DNA from: a virus
Lineage: Duplodnaviria > Caudoviricetes
Virus record (IMG/VR): IMGVR_UViG_3300013767_000067
Location: 1-54,070 of that record
Direction: 5' to 3' (one strand)
DNA: 54,070 nucleotides
Each line of letters opens with the position of its first letter. Positions within the stretch are counted from its first letter, which is position 1. The translations under genes were made by a program, and so were the position numbers. The notes under the pieces were generated by a model. The model ran no database searches, was not told where the DNA came from, and saw only the letters and a list, made by a program, of their open reading frames with translations. Positions 1-8,204 of this stretch are shown here, piece by piece.

Positions 1-337
1 ACCGCCGGCCGCGCCGGCCAGCACTACCACAATCAGGAAAAAAACAGCCAACTCGGTTCCCAATCCAGAAAAATCCGTCACACGGCCAGATGACCGGCCT
101 TCGGGCAAAGACGCATAGCGCTATCCATGCCGGAAACCGACTAGGGTAACAGCGTCACTGTGTCATGCAAGCCTTCCCCTGCCCTCTTCTGCAAAAAACT
201 GTGTAGCACTTTATAGAAAGACTAATAAAACACCTGCTACAGACCCGCCAAGCGAAATGAAATGCCCGCTTCGCCCACGCTGACAAAGCAGCCCGGCAGA
301 CATCGACCACCGCCAGTCGCACTAGTGCCCGGATACG

Positions 338-362
338 AAAAAACCCCGCCGCGGCGGGGTTT
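338..362 (-). terminator. Original host acnB terminator (possibly bidirectional)
   Basis: AAAAAA-CCCCGCC-GC-GGCGGGG-TTT downstream of the displaced acnB 3' end. Confidence 0.75.
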
Positions 363-430
363 GCTTGGTCGGAGGCCGAACGTGCGGTGCAGGACACACC
401 AGCACGCAACGCTTCGGCCAACCTTCGTGC

Positions 431-487
431 TTAGACGTTGACGGTCTCGGCCACTTCCTTGAAGTCGTCGATCTTGTCGAAGTTCAG
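431..487. repeat. att site, left copy (57-bp core = last 18 codons plus stop of acnB)
   Basis: TTAGACGTTG...GAAGTTCAG is identical to 53778-53834. Confidence 0.95.
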
Positions 488-606
488 TTCTCGGTAACGG
501 CATCTACGCCTGTCCATACGTGTCCGCCATCCCTAGCAGCAGGCCTTACCTGCTGACAGATGTTTTCCATCCGCGTCCATATCAAACCATCACAAGCCAT
601 GTCATT

Positions 607-647
607 TGGGGGTATCTTTGGGGGGACTATTTCACGCGATACCCCCA
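607..647. promoter_or_regulatory. Probable integrase arm-type binding sites
   Basis: TGGGGGTATCTTTGGGGG plus inverted GATACCCCCA; the same motif is at 53700-53720 beside the other att copy. Confidence 0.7.
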
Positions 648-648
648 T

Positions 649-1845
649 ATGCCGCTGACAGACACCAAAATCCGCACCCTGAAGCCTGTTGAGAAGGATA
701 CCAAGCTATCTGACGCTGGCGGCCTTTATCTGCTGGTCAAGCCAAACGGCTCCAAGCTTTGGCGGTTGAAGTACCGTCTCGCCGGGAAAGAAGGGGTATA
801 TGCCATCGGTCCATACCCCCAGGTCTCCTTAGCTGAAGCCAGGACAGAGCGAGATGTCGCCAAGAAAGCCATCGCAGAGGGGAAAAACCCCACGACTGTC
901 CGCAAGCTACTGCGGCTGGACAATCAAGAGGCGGCCGCCAATTACTTCGAGTTTGTCGCTCGAGAGTTCTATGACAAGTTGAAAGCCCAGGGAAAAACCG
1001 TAGCCCCGGGCAAAGCGATCCGGCTCCTGGAGCAGTACGTTTTTCCTAAGTATGGAGCCCTACCAATCAGTGAGATCAAGCCGACGATGATCCTTGCCAT
1101 ATTGAAGGAGCTTGAGGAGCGCGGCATCCTTAATACAGCCGGTCGTGTTCGTCATGTCTGCGGCCAGGTGTTTCGCTATGGGGTTGCGACATTACGGTGC
1201 GAGTATGACCCTACAGCATCGCTTCGCGGCGCGATCCTGATTCCCGACTCAGTACATCATAAGCCGGCTGATGACCCTCAAGCTGTATGGCAGCTGTTCT
1301 CCGGGTACAAAGTCGGAATGGGTCTGTCTCGCATTGCGTTGATGTTGCTGATGCTGACCGTGGTACGTTCAAAAGAGCTGCGTCATATGGAGAAGGCGGA
1401 GCTTGACCTGGCGGCGGCTATCTGGAAAATCCCGGGGCGCAAAATGAAGAAGCGGCGTGATCACGTTGTCCCACTTCCTCGCCAAGCGGTGGAACTGATC
1501 CAAGAGGCGCTCGAACTGGGCGATGATGGGCCATTCGTTTTCCCCAACCAGCGCACTGCAGGCGAACCCATGTCGAGTGCCACTATGACTAAGGTCTTGC
1601 AGGCCTTGAAGTCCCCTATCTCCCCTCATGGGTGTCGGTCGACTTTCTCTACTCACATGCATGCACAAGGCTTCCCCTCGCACCTTATAGAGATGCAACT
1701 CGCTCATGCCGAAACTAACAAGGTGAAGGCCGCCTATAACCAGGCCCAATACATCACTGAGCGACGAGCGATGCTGCAACACTGGGCCGACTGGATAACA
1801 GAGCCAAAACCTAATGACGTCTCTACGATCGCGCCAAACGACTGA
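649..1845 (+). CDS. int: P4-type tyrosine recombinase (integrase) with arm-binding N-terminal domain
   Basis: MPLTDTKIR...DAGGLYLLVKPNGSKLWRLKYR N-terminus; catalytic R (VRSKELR), HGCR, LAH, AAY. Confidence 0.95.
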   Translation: MPLTDTKIRTLKPVEKDTKLSDAGGLYLLVKPNGSKLWRLKYRLAGKEGVYAIGPYPQVSLAEARTERDVAKKAIAEGKNPTTVRKLLRLDNQEAAANYFEFVAREFYDKLKAQGKTVAPGKAIRLLEQYVFPKYGALPISEIKPTMILAILKELEERGILNTAGRVRHVCGQVFRYGVATLRCEYDPTASLRGAILIPDSVHHKPADDPQAVWQLFSGYKVGMGLSRIALMLLMLTVVRSKELRHMEKAELDLAAAIWKIPGRKMKKRRDHVVPLPRQAVELIQEALELGDDGPFVFPNQRTAGEPMSSATMTKVLQALKSPISPHGCRSTFSTHMHAQGFPSHLIEMQLAHAETNKVKAAYNQAQYITERRAMLQHWADWITEPKPNDVSTIAPND

Positions 1846-1922
1846 ATCTGTCGCAACTCCGACGTATCTGCCCACGCTCCCTCTCGCTATGCTGAGACTG
1901 TCCCGCCCGTGGCCAGATCAGC

Positions 1923-2123
1923 ATGCGCCTCTATCTCTCCCCTACTCGTTACTACACCGTTGCCATCCAGCTCGACCTGTTCGGCCAGCCGGTCATCGTC
2001 CGCAGCTGGGGTGGCCGATTCAATCGACTGGGCGGCACACAAACCGAGCCGTTCTCGCGTGAGCGCTTGCGAGAGATCGGCAAGGAGCGCCGCGCGCATG
2101 GCTACCGGCTTGCCGCCCTCTGA
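1923..2123 (+). CDS. Small WGR-domain-like protein
   Basis: RYY...QLDLFG...VRSWGG...RRAHGY pattern. Confidence 0.65.
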   Translation: MRLYLSPTRYYTVAIQLDLFGQPVIVRSWGGRFNRLGGTQTEPFSRERLREIGKERRAHGYRLAAL

Positions 2124-2184
2124 GGTTCATTGACACCCCTCTCCCAGCGTCCATACTCAGACCCATGCCATCGGGAACCTGACC

Positions 2185-2523
2185 ATGTGCGTCAACTACC
2201 TCACTCCCTCACCAGCCGTCTTCGCCAACCACTTCAATGCCGCCCCGCCCGCTGAGGGCTGGCCGCCCGAGGTGTTTCAGGACTACCTGGTGCCGATCAT
2301 TCGCCGCGGGCCTGACGGTAGTCGCCAGGTGGTGATGGCGTCGTTCGGCATGATCCCGCGCCGAGCCAAGCTGATGGCCGCCATGGACCAGATCAACCGC
2401 ACCTGGGGGCGCGGGACGGTGCGCAGCGGCGCCGAGGAGCTGACTGAGGACTGGCGGATGCGTCAGGACAAGCGCTCGCCGCGCTATACGACGGACTGGC
2501 GGGAACTGCTGACGGTGAAGTAG
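2185..2523 (+). pseudogene. In-frame chimera: SRAP (YedK-like) N-terminus fused to UmuC C-terminal DUF4113-like tail
   Basis: MCVNY...PIIRR...FGMIP (SRAP start) joined to LMAAMDQINRTWGRG...WRMRQDKRSPRYTTDWRELL (UmuC end). Confidence 0.8.
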
Positions 2524-2599
2524 AAGCCAGCCACAGCACTAAGTACGTAATGACAATGAGCTATACATACACAGCTCCACAACAAGACAGGAGAACAAG

Positions 2600-2791
2600 A
2601 TGTCGAGCCACAGAATCAGAGTCCGACATGAAATGTTTTCTGGTCTATGCCATGACGGCGCCAGACTAGGGCTTATCCCCGGCGATTACTTCGTTGATCA
2701 AATAGACAACCTGCTGATCTTCCATGAGTCTGATAGACGGCAGGCTCCATTTGGAGACATCACCGTCAATCTTGACGATTACCCTGAGTGA
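2600..2791 (+). CDS. Hypothetical protein (lower GC, possibly truncated)
   Basis: AGGAG RBS; terminator-like hairpin at 2855-2876. Confidence 0.5.
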   Translation: MSSHRIRVRHEMFSGLCHDGARLGLIPGDYFVDQIDNLLIFHESDRRQAPFGDITVNLDDYPE

Positions 2792-2860
2792 ATCGGCTTC
2801 CCCCAAGTTGGCCCAGGGCTTCAAATAGAAGTAATTTAGCCGCAATTGCATCTACCCCGC

Positions 2861-3112
2861 TCAGCGGGGCTTTTTTACGACCTCGACCAGGCCGCGCGAC
2901 TGAATCGCGCAGGCCGCATACTGCCCGGCCAGCACCAGGTAACTTTCGGACAACTCGTCCCAGCTCTCACTGGTCGGCACGGCGATCGGCTGGCTCGCCC
3001 GAATCAGCGTCGCCGGCAATGGCGCGGTTGGCGCCGGCGATGCCGGCTTGGAGGCGGCGCAGCCGTTCAGGGTCAATGCGGCAATCAGCAGGCAGCGGGT
3101 TGTTCGTGACAT
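2861..3112 (-). CDS. Probable o-spanin (Rz1-like lipoprotein)
   Basis: Lipobox LNGC, Pro-rich, overlaps 3' end of the i-spanin in another frame. Confidence 0.7.
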   Translation of the reverse strand: MSRTTRCLLIAALTLNGCAASKPASPAPTAPLPATLIRASQPIAVPTSESWDELSESYLVLAGQYAACAIQSRGLVEVVKKPR

Positions 3113-3398
3113 AGGATCGGTACTCCGTGATGTGTTGGCCGCTTAGTTCGGCGAGGCGGTCGGTTTGGCCCTGGACGCGATCGGCGATGCCTGCGAGGCG
3201 GCCGACTTCACCAGCGAATTGGGACAGCGCTTGCGCGCCCTGGTCGGCACGGTGCTCAGCCGCGGCCTTGCCCTGTAGAGCGCCGTCTCGCTCGGCCTGC
3301 AGGTCGCGCAACCACCAGCCGGCGGCGAATAACCCGCCGGCCAGCAGCACCAGGAGCAGCCAGCGGGCGCGGGCGAGGAACAACTGAATCGCGCCCAT
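2967..3398 (-). CDS. Probable i-spanin (Rz-like)
   Basis: N-terminal TM helix, coiled-coil body, C-terminal Cys, directly after the endolysin. Confidence 0.75.
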   Translation of the reverse strand: MGAIQLFLARARWLLLVLLAGGLFAAGWWLRDLQAERDGALQGKAAAEHRADQGAQALSQFAGEVGRLAGIADRVQGQTDRLAELSGQHITEYRSYVTNNPLPADCRIDPERLRRLQAGIAGANRAIAGDADSGEPADRRADQ

Positions 3399-3940
3399 TA
3401 CAGCGCCACCCGCTCACGCACCCAGCCATACAGGAATGTCTCGTTATCCGGTCGCTGTTCGGCCAACTCCAGATAGCGCGCGCCCTGACTGCAGTTCAGC
3501 CCCTTGAGCAACACCGCCTCACCCTCGGCACCGCGTTTCGCCAAGAAGGCGCGCAGTGCGTTCAGCGTGCGCGGGCCAATCTGGCCGTCGGCGGACAAGT
3601 CTGGGTAGAGCGTCGCCTTGAGATTGAGCACGTTCAGCCAGCGCTGCAGCATGGCCGATTGCACAGCCGGCCCCATGTTGACGCCGGTATCGCACAACTC
3701 CTCGGCAATACGCGGGCTGATCGCATGCACATGGTCGAAGCGCGGCCCGGTCCAGTAGTCGGCGTCGTAGATGGCCAGCGCGGTTTCGCGCGGCAGGTTG
3801 CGCATGTCGCCCGTGTAGCCGTGAGCCCGGGCCGTCTTCTCGGTGACGCCCCAACGGGTTGGGCCGCCACGGTCGGCTGGGTTGTTCGAATAGCCACCCT
3901 CGCGACCGACGATTGCGTCAAAAATCTGATCCTTGTTCAT
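3398..3940 (-). CDS. Endolysin, glycoside hydrolase family 108 with peptidoglycan-binding domain
   Basis: REGGYSNNPADRGGPTRWGVT, DTGVNMG, DGQIGPRTL, FLYGW. Confidence 0.92.
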   Translation of the reverse strand: MNKDQIFDAIVGREGGYSNNPADRGGPTRWGVTEKTARAHGYTGDMRNLPRETALAIYDADYWTGPRFDHVHAISPRIAEELCDTGVNMGPAVQSAMLQRWLNVLNLKATLYPDLSADGQIGPRTLNALRAFLAKRGAEGEAVLLKGLNCSQGARYLELAEQRPDNETFLYGWVRERVAL

Positions 3941-4001
3941 GCATCCCCCGCAATAAAAAAATCCCGGCGCGCGGCCGGGCTTAGTGGTTGTCTGTCAGTG
4001 G

Positions 4002-4280
4002 TTACGGCAGCGCCTGGCTAGCCTTCTTCTTCAGCCAGACCTCGATGTACTGCGCGCCGACGATGCCGAGGCCGGCACCGATTCCCAGCAGCGCCGGGAA
4101 CGGCAGATCCGGAAACTGCATTAGCGCCACGCCGGCGATGGTCGAGGTGGCCGAGCCGAGAATGGCGCGCCCGAAGATCAGCCGGCTGGTGATTTGCTCA
4201 TTACCGGCGAGCAGCTTGCCCAGGCCGATCAGCGCTCCCAGCGTCAGGAGGTACAGCACGCCTCGTTCGTGTTCCTGCAT
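4002..4280 (-). CDS. Holin (P2 Y-like)
   Basis: 92 aa, three hydrophobic segments, basic C-terminus, upstream of the endolysin. Confidence 0.8.
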   Translation of the reverse strand: MQEHERGVLYLLTLGALIGLGKLLAGNEQITSRLIFGRAILGSATSTIAGVALMQFPDLPFPALLGIGAGLGIVGAQYIEVWLKKKASQALP

Positions 4281-4323
4281 GTCTCCCCCTTGGAAACAGA
4301 AACCCCGCCAAGTGGCGGGGTGG

Positions 4324-4581
4324 TTAAGGTTGGGTCAGCGCAACAGTCCGATACTCGGGCGGCAGATGACGGCGCTGCAGCTCGCTGATGTATGCGCCCT
4401 GGCAGTGATGCGGCTGCCAGAAAAACAGCCCATCGACGACCCGCCGGGCGATGCCCCAGCCGCGCTGATGGCGCTGGCGCCAGCAGCGGCTCGACAGGGT
4501 TTCGTCGGCCCAGCCGCCGGGGATCAGCGCATTCAGCAGCTGATCGCCAGCGACGGCGACCTGTTTGAGCCATTGCTTCAT
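4324..4581 (-). CDS. Conserved phage hypothetical protein
   Basis: DQLLNA...GWADETLSSRCWR...HC motif; ATGA coupling to upstream gene. Confidence 0.7.
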   Translation of the reverse strand: MKQWLKQVAVAGDQLLNALIPGGWADETLSSRCWRQRHQRGWGIARRVVDGLFFWQPHHCQGAYISELQRRHLPPEYRTVALTQP

Positions 4582-5270
4582 TGCAGCCCCCTTGGCCAAC
4601 CGGCCGTCTCGTCGATCGCCTGAAGCGCCGCGAGGTCAGGCGCATCTAACACAGCATCTTCCAGCGCCTGGCGTCGGCCGATCACCGCGCCGCTGGCCGG
4701 CGCGATCGCAGCCGTCATCGCGCGCACGCGCCCGGCCAGCTCCGCGACAGAGAGCCCGCGCGCCGCGGCAATCTGCGCCAGCTGCGGGGTCAGCGCGTTC
4801 GGGTCGCTCACTAGCGCCTCGGCTTCGCGCACCTGCTGACCCCAACTGTCGATCTCGCGCTGAGGGATGCCCGCGACCAGCGGCGCCAGTGCGGCGCGGG
4901 CCAGCGCGTTGATCCTGGCCAGCTTCTCGGCTTGTAGCGTTTCGAAGTCCGGTGCGGCTGGCGCGGGCAGGCCGAACGTTTGGCGCGGCGTCGCTGGCGC
5001 AACCAGGAACGGCAGCGCCGGCACCGGCAGCTCGGCGGCCTGCAAGTTGACGTGCCAGCCTGGCAGCGGCTGCGCCGGCACCAGAATCTCGCCGTCGGCA
5101 TCGAGCACTGGCGGGTCGTACAGCACGCCGACCGGATCGAGCGCGTGGGTGTGGCTGGCGGCGATCCACTGATCGGCCGGCGCAAACTCACCTCCGTCCT
5201 TGGTCAGGTAGACGGCCAGCACAACCCGGGCCTTGGCCTCATTAGGGAAGGTCAGGAAATAGGCATTCAT
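4578..5270 (-). CDS. Tail fibre assembly/chaperone-like protein
   Basis: EIDSWGQQVREA...IAAARG...IGRRQALED C-terminal half; follows fibre genes. Confidence 0.65.
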   Translation of the reverse strand: MNAYFLTFPNEAKARVVLAVYLTKDGGEFAPADQWIAASHTHALDPVGVLYDPPVLDADGEILVPAQPLPGWHVNLQAAELPVPALPFLVAPATPRQTFGLPAPAAPDFETLQAEKLARINALARAALAPLVAGIPQREIDSWGQQVREAEALVSDPNALTPQLAQIAAARGLSVAELAGRVRAMTAAIAPASGAVIGRRQALEDAVLDAPDLAALQAIDETAGWPRGLQ

Positions 5271-6511
5271 CGGGTCAGCCCCAGCAGATCAGAGTTAGCG
5301 AGGCGCTTCGGGTAGTACTCGATGCGCCCGATATGGCCGTTAATCGCCGACACGCCGGTGACGCCGGAGCCAATACCGAAAACGTCTGGCGCCACCCCGA
5401 CATCGGTTGCCCCGGTGTAAATCCCACTATTCCCGCTGCCCGCTATGGCGATGTTGCCGCCCTGGTAAGCCACGGCGGAGCGTAGCTGGACCCCAGCCCG
5501 AAACTTGATGTCGTTAGGCAAGTCTGCGAATGCACTTCCAACCTTGGAGACAACATCGAAGTAATCACTGCCGCCGCCGGTGACATGGCGCGCGGTCAGC
5601 GCATCGCTACTCCCCGACTTGTTGACCTGGAACACGAGGAACTCGCGCACGGCCGATTGCACTGGCGCCAAAGACGAGCAGATAAACGTGCCTTCGTCCC
5701 TTCGATACCAACTCGACATTGCGCTGCCCGACATCGTTGCCAAGTCGGCACTGCGGGTAACGGCAGCGCCGAGGGTCGGAATGGTGGAGGTTGGGAAGCC
5801 GCCCAGCTCAAACTGCGACCCCCACGCATAGGCACCACTGACGCCGTCGCCGTTGTAATTCAGCGCCCCCGCACTGTCTATCAGATAGGCCTGCCAGAAG
5901 TAGGTCGTCAGCGAGGCGTGGGCCATGGTCAGCGAGACGCGATACCAGCCATTCCCCCACGGCACAATAGTGGCGCCATAGGCCGTTGCCCCGGTGCCAT
6001 ACGTGGTGACCGCGCCAAGAGTCCCAGCCACCAAGTCCACATCCACATAAGCGCCGCCGGCCGAGTTGGCGGTGTCGATCTGCATCCGCACCTTTGACCG
6101 CTCCCCCGCCTTAAAAAAGCGAGACACCGTCGCGATCGCCCCGGTCGACACGACAAATCCACTCAGCAGGCTATGGAACTGCAGGCCGGTCGCCTCAACA
6201 ATCTTGTCCGCCGTGAGCGAACCATCCGGGGCGGTGGCGACATTGGGCGTCACCGTCACATTGTTTTTTGACCAGAACGCGTTATCGAGCTGGTCGCTGT
6301 ACTGCGCCTGATTTGTCCGCGCCTCCTCGATCAGCAGCCCCTTGCAGTATCCTGTAACGGGATCGAAGTCAAAGCGCGGTTCATTGACGCCTGTGACACG
6401 CAGCACGCCGTTGCGGTCGCAATAGGTGCCGACGCTGGCACGCGAGAACCCGATGCGCGGGTCGAGCTGCCGGGTATTGGCAAAGTCGAGCAATAAAGAG
6501 GGTCTGAGCAT
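5267..6511 (-). CDS. Virion fibre/spike protein with probable LamG/ConA-like beta domain
   Basis: FSRASVGTY...PRFD...GLLIEEARTN, WGSQFELGGFPTSTIPT...VTRSAD, INGHI..IEYYPKRL. Confidence 0.7.
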   Translation of the reverse strand: MLRPSLLLDFANTRQLDPRIGFSRASVGTYCDRNGVLRVTGVNEPRFDFDPVTGYCKGLLIEEARTNQAQYSDQLDNAFWSKNNVTVTPNVATAPDGSLTADKIVEATGLQFHSLLSGFVVSTGAIATVSRFFKAGERSKVRMQIDTANSAGGAYVDVDLVAGTLGAVTTYGTGATAYGATIVPWGNGWYRVSLTMAHASLTTYFWQAYLIDSAGALNYNGDGVSGAYAWGSQFELGGFPTSTIPTLGAAVTRSADLATMSGSAMSSWYRRDEGTFICSSLAPVQSAVREFLVFQVNKSGSSDALTARHVTGGGSDYFDVVSKVGSAFADLPNDIKFRAGVQLRSAVAYQGGNIAIAGSGNSGIYTGATDVGVAPDVFGIGSGVTGVSAINGHIGRIEYYPKRLANSDLLGLTR

Positions 6512-6517
6512 AGCGAC

Positions 6518-7594
6518 TCACAAGGTCATGAAACCGTCAGCCGCTTGATAGACAACCAAGCGGCGTTCATTGGGGGCCAGCGTGAACGAGCTGCCGGCAT
6601 CGATAAAGTCGGCAGTGCCGCTACGGGATACGGTCACCGTGCCGCTGCCGACGTTCTTGATCCACACAAACCAACCGGTGCCAATCGTCGAGGCCAACGG
6701 CAGCGACAGGGTGTAGTTGCCATTCGCCGCCGCGATCACCCGTCCACGGTCACGGCTGGTCAACGTCTCTGCCGCCGCGGCAAAGCGGAGATACAGACCG
6801 CCCGGCATCACGTCCCAATCCATGTAGGCGGCCGAGCCCAACGCCTCGCGGCGCACCAGCGCACCCGGATCGTCGCCGAGGTGCATCCAGTCGAGGCCGA
6901 GGCCGAGCAGATCCACCGACTGGGTCACGTCGGCGCCGTCGCAGCGCAGCTGATTGCGACCACCCTGCGGCACCACCACGCCGGCACCGTTCGGGGTTTT
7001 CAGGGTCAGCGTATACGGGCCGGTCGTGGCGTTGGCCACCGACCAGAAACTGGCCTTGGCCGGCAGCATCACCGTCGCGTTGCTGGTCAGCACACCGCTG
7101 AAATCCAGCAGGCGGTTGCCGGCCTCGGTGTCGCTCAGCGTCACTGTGCCGCCGGTCAGCGGTTTGCTGAGCCGGCCATTTAGGCCCGCCAGCATGCCGG
7201 TCCAGGTCGGCACGGTGCGGGCGGCACCGGTGGCGTCGCTAATGGTGGCGGTTGCCGCGTTGCTGAACAGCAGCCCGAGGAAGTCGTCGAGCGTCAGGTG
7301 CCACTTGTCGAGCATCTTGTTCAAGAGAACGGAGACGTCCGCCTGCATCGTTCCGGTGAAGTTGCTGACGATCGCGTACGCCTGGGCGCTGGCGCTGGCG
7401 CCGAGGTACGGCGAGCGCAGCGACAGCGCGCCGTCCGCCGTGACCTTGGCCACCTCGTAGTCGCGACCATCAGGCCCCTTGAAAATGTCCCCCTCGTTGA
7501 TGCGGTTCAGCCAATAACACTGCACGCCGGCGACCAACGTCGAGCCGTTGGTGACGGCGACGGTGCCATTGCGATACCAGGGCGCGGATGCCAT
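6518..7594 (-). CDS. Tail fibre protein
   Basis: WYRNGTVAVTNGS N-terminus typical of side fibres; beta-rich Thr/Gly sequence; GGAG RBS. Confidence 0.7.
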   Translation of the reverse strand: MASAPWYRNGTVAVTNGSTLVAGVQCYWLNRINEGDIFKGPDGRDYEVAKVTADGALSLRSPYLGASASAQAYAIVSNFTGTMQADVSVLLNKMLDKWHLTLDDFLGLLFSNAATATISDATGAARTVPTWTGMLAGLNGRLSKPLTGGTVTLSDTEAGNRLLDFSGVLTSNATVMLPAKASFWSVANATTGPYTLTLKTPNGAGVVVPQGGRNQLRCDGADVTQSVDLLGLGLDWMHLGDDPGALVRREALGSAAYMDWDVMPGGLYLRFAAAAETLTSRDRGRVIAAANGNYTLSLPLASTIGTGWFVWIKNVGSGTVTVSRSGTADFIDAGSSFTLAPNERRLVVYQAADGFMTL

Positions 7595-7654
7595 GGTGTT
7601 CTCCAAGCAAAACGCCCCGCACGAGGCGGGGCGCTGGGTTGCAAATAGGCCGGA

Positions 7655-7840
7655 TTATTCCGGCTTGGGATAGGTGGCTTTGATCGCCTGGATCTGCTCG
7701 AGCATTACCCGGGTTTCCGGCGCGACCGACTTGGCTGGCAGTTTGGCGATGGTTCGCCATAGCGCATCGAGCTGGTCGCCGAGACCGGGATAGTCGTCGC
7801 GACGACGCTGGACATAGTCGCCGCTATGGTGCAGTTTCAT
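7655..7840 (-). CDS. Small tail-associated protein
   Basis: RRDDYPGLGDQLDALW...IKATYPKP motif. Confidence 0.7.
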   Translation of the reverse strand: MKLHHSGDYVQRRRDDYPGLGDQLDALWRTIAKLPAKSVAPETRVMLEQIQAIKATYPKPE

Positions 7841-8204
7841 GACTCACCTCGAAGTAGGCATCGTGATAGGGCCAGGCCGATACGCTGATCTGATAGACGC
7901 CAGGCAACGCAAAGCTCAGCTCGCAGTAATCATCGGTGCAGGGGTAGGCCACACCGTCGATGGTAATCGTCGATGGCACCGGCAACTGGCGCAGCAACAG
8001 ACCATCGAGCACGGCCGGGCTGGCCGGCCGCTCAACAATGGCACCGTCTTGCACGAAATGCAGGAGGTCGCTGACATCAACGCCCCCATCAACTGCCAGT
8101 CCGACCCCTTGCGCAAAATACGGATGGTCGTAAACCAACATGCCGGGATAACTGGATACCGACTCGATCCGGCCACTGTCCGGCTGGAATTTGACGACTT
8201 TCAT
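7824..8204 (-). CDS. Tail-associated hypothetical protein
   Basis: ATGA coupling to J stop, GGAGG RBS. Confidence 0.65.
   Translation of the reverse strand: MKVVKFQPDSGRIESVSSYPGMLVYDHPYFAQGVGLAVDGGVDVSDLLHFVQDGAIVERPASPAVLDGLLLRQLPVPSTITIDGVAYPCTDDYCELSFALPGVYQISVSAWPYHDAYFEVSHETAP

Noticed and set aside
520-648. N-terminal extension of the integrase in the ORF track
   Set aside because: Overlaps arm-type sites; the family N-terminus begins at ATG 649
2555-2575. Possible LexA box (…CTATACATACACAG)
   Set aside because: Does not fit CTGT-N8-ACAG
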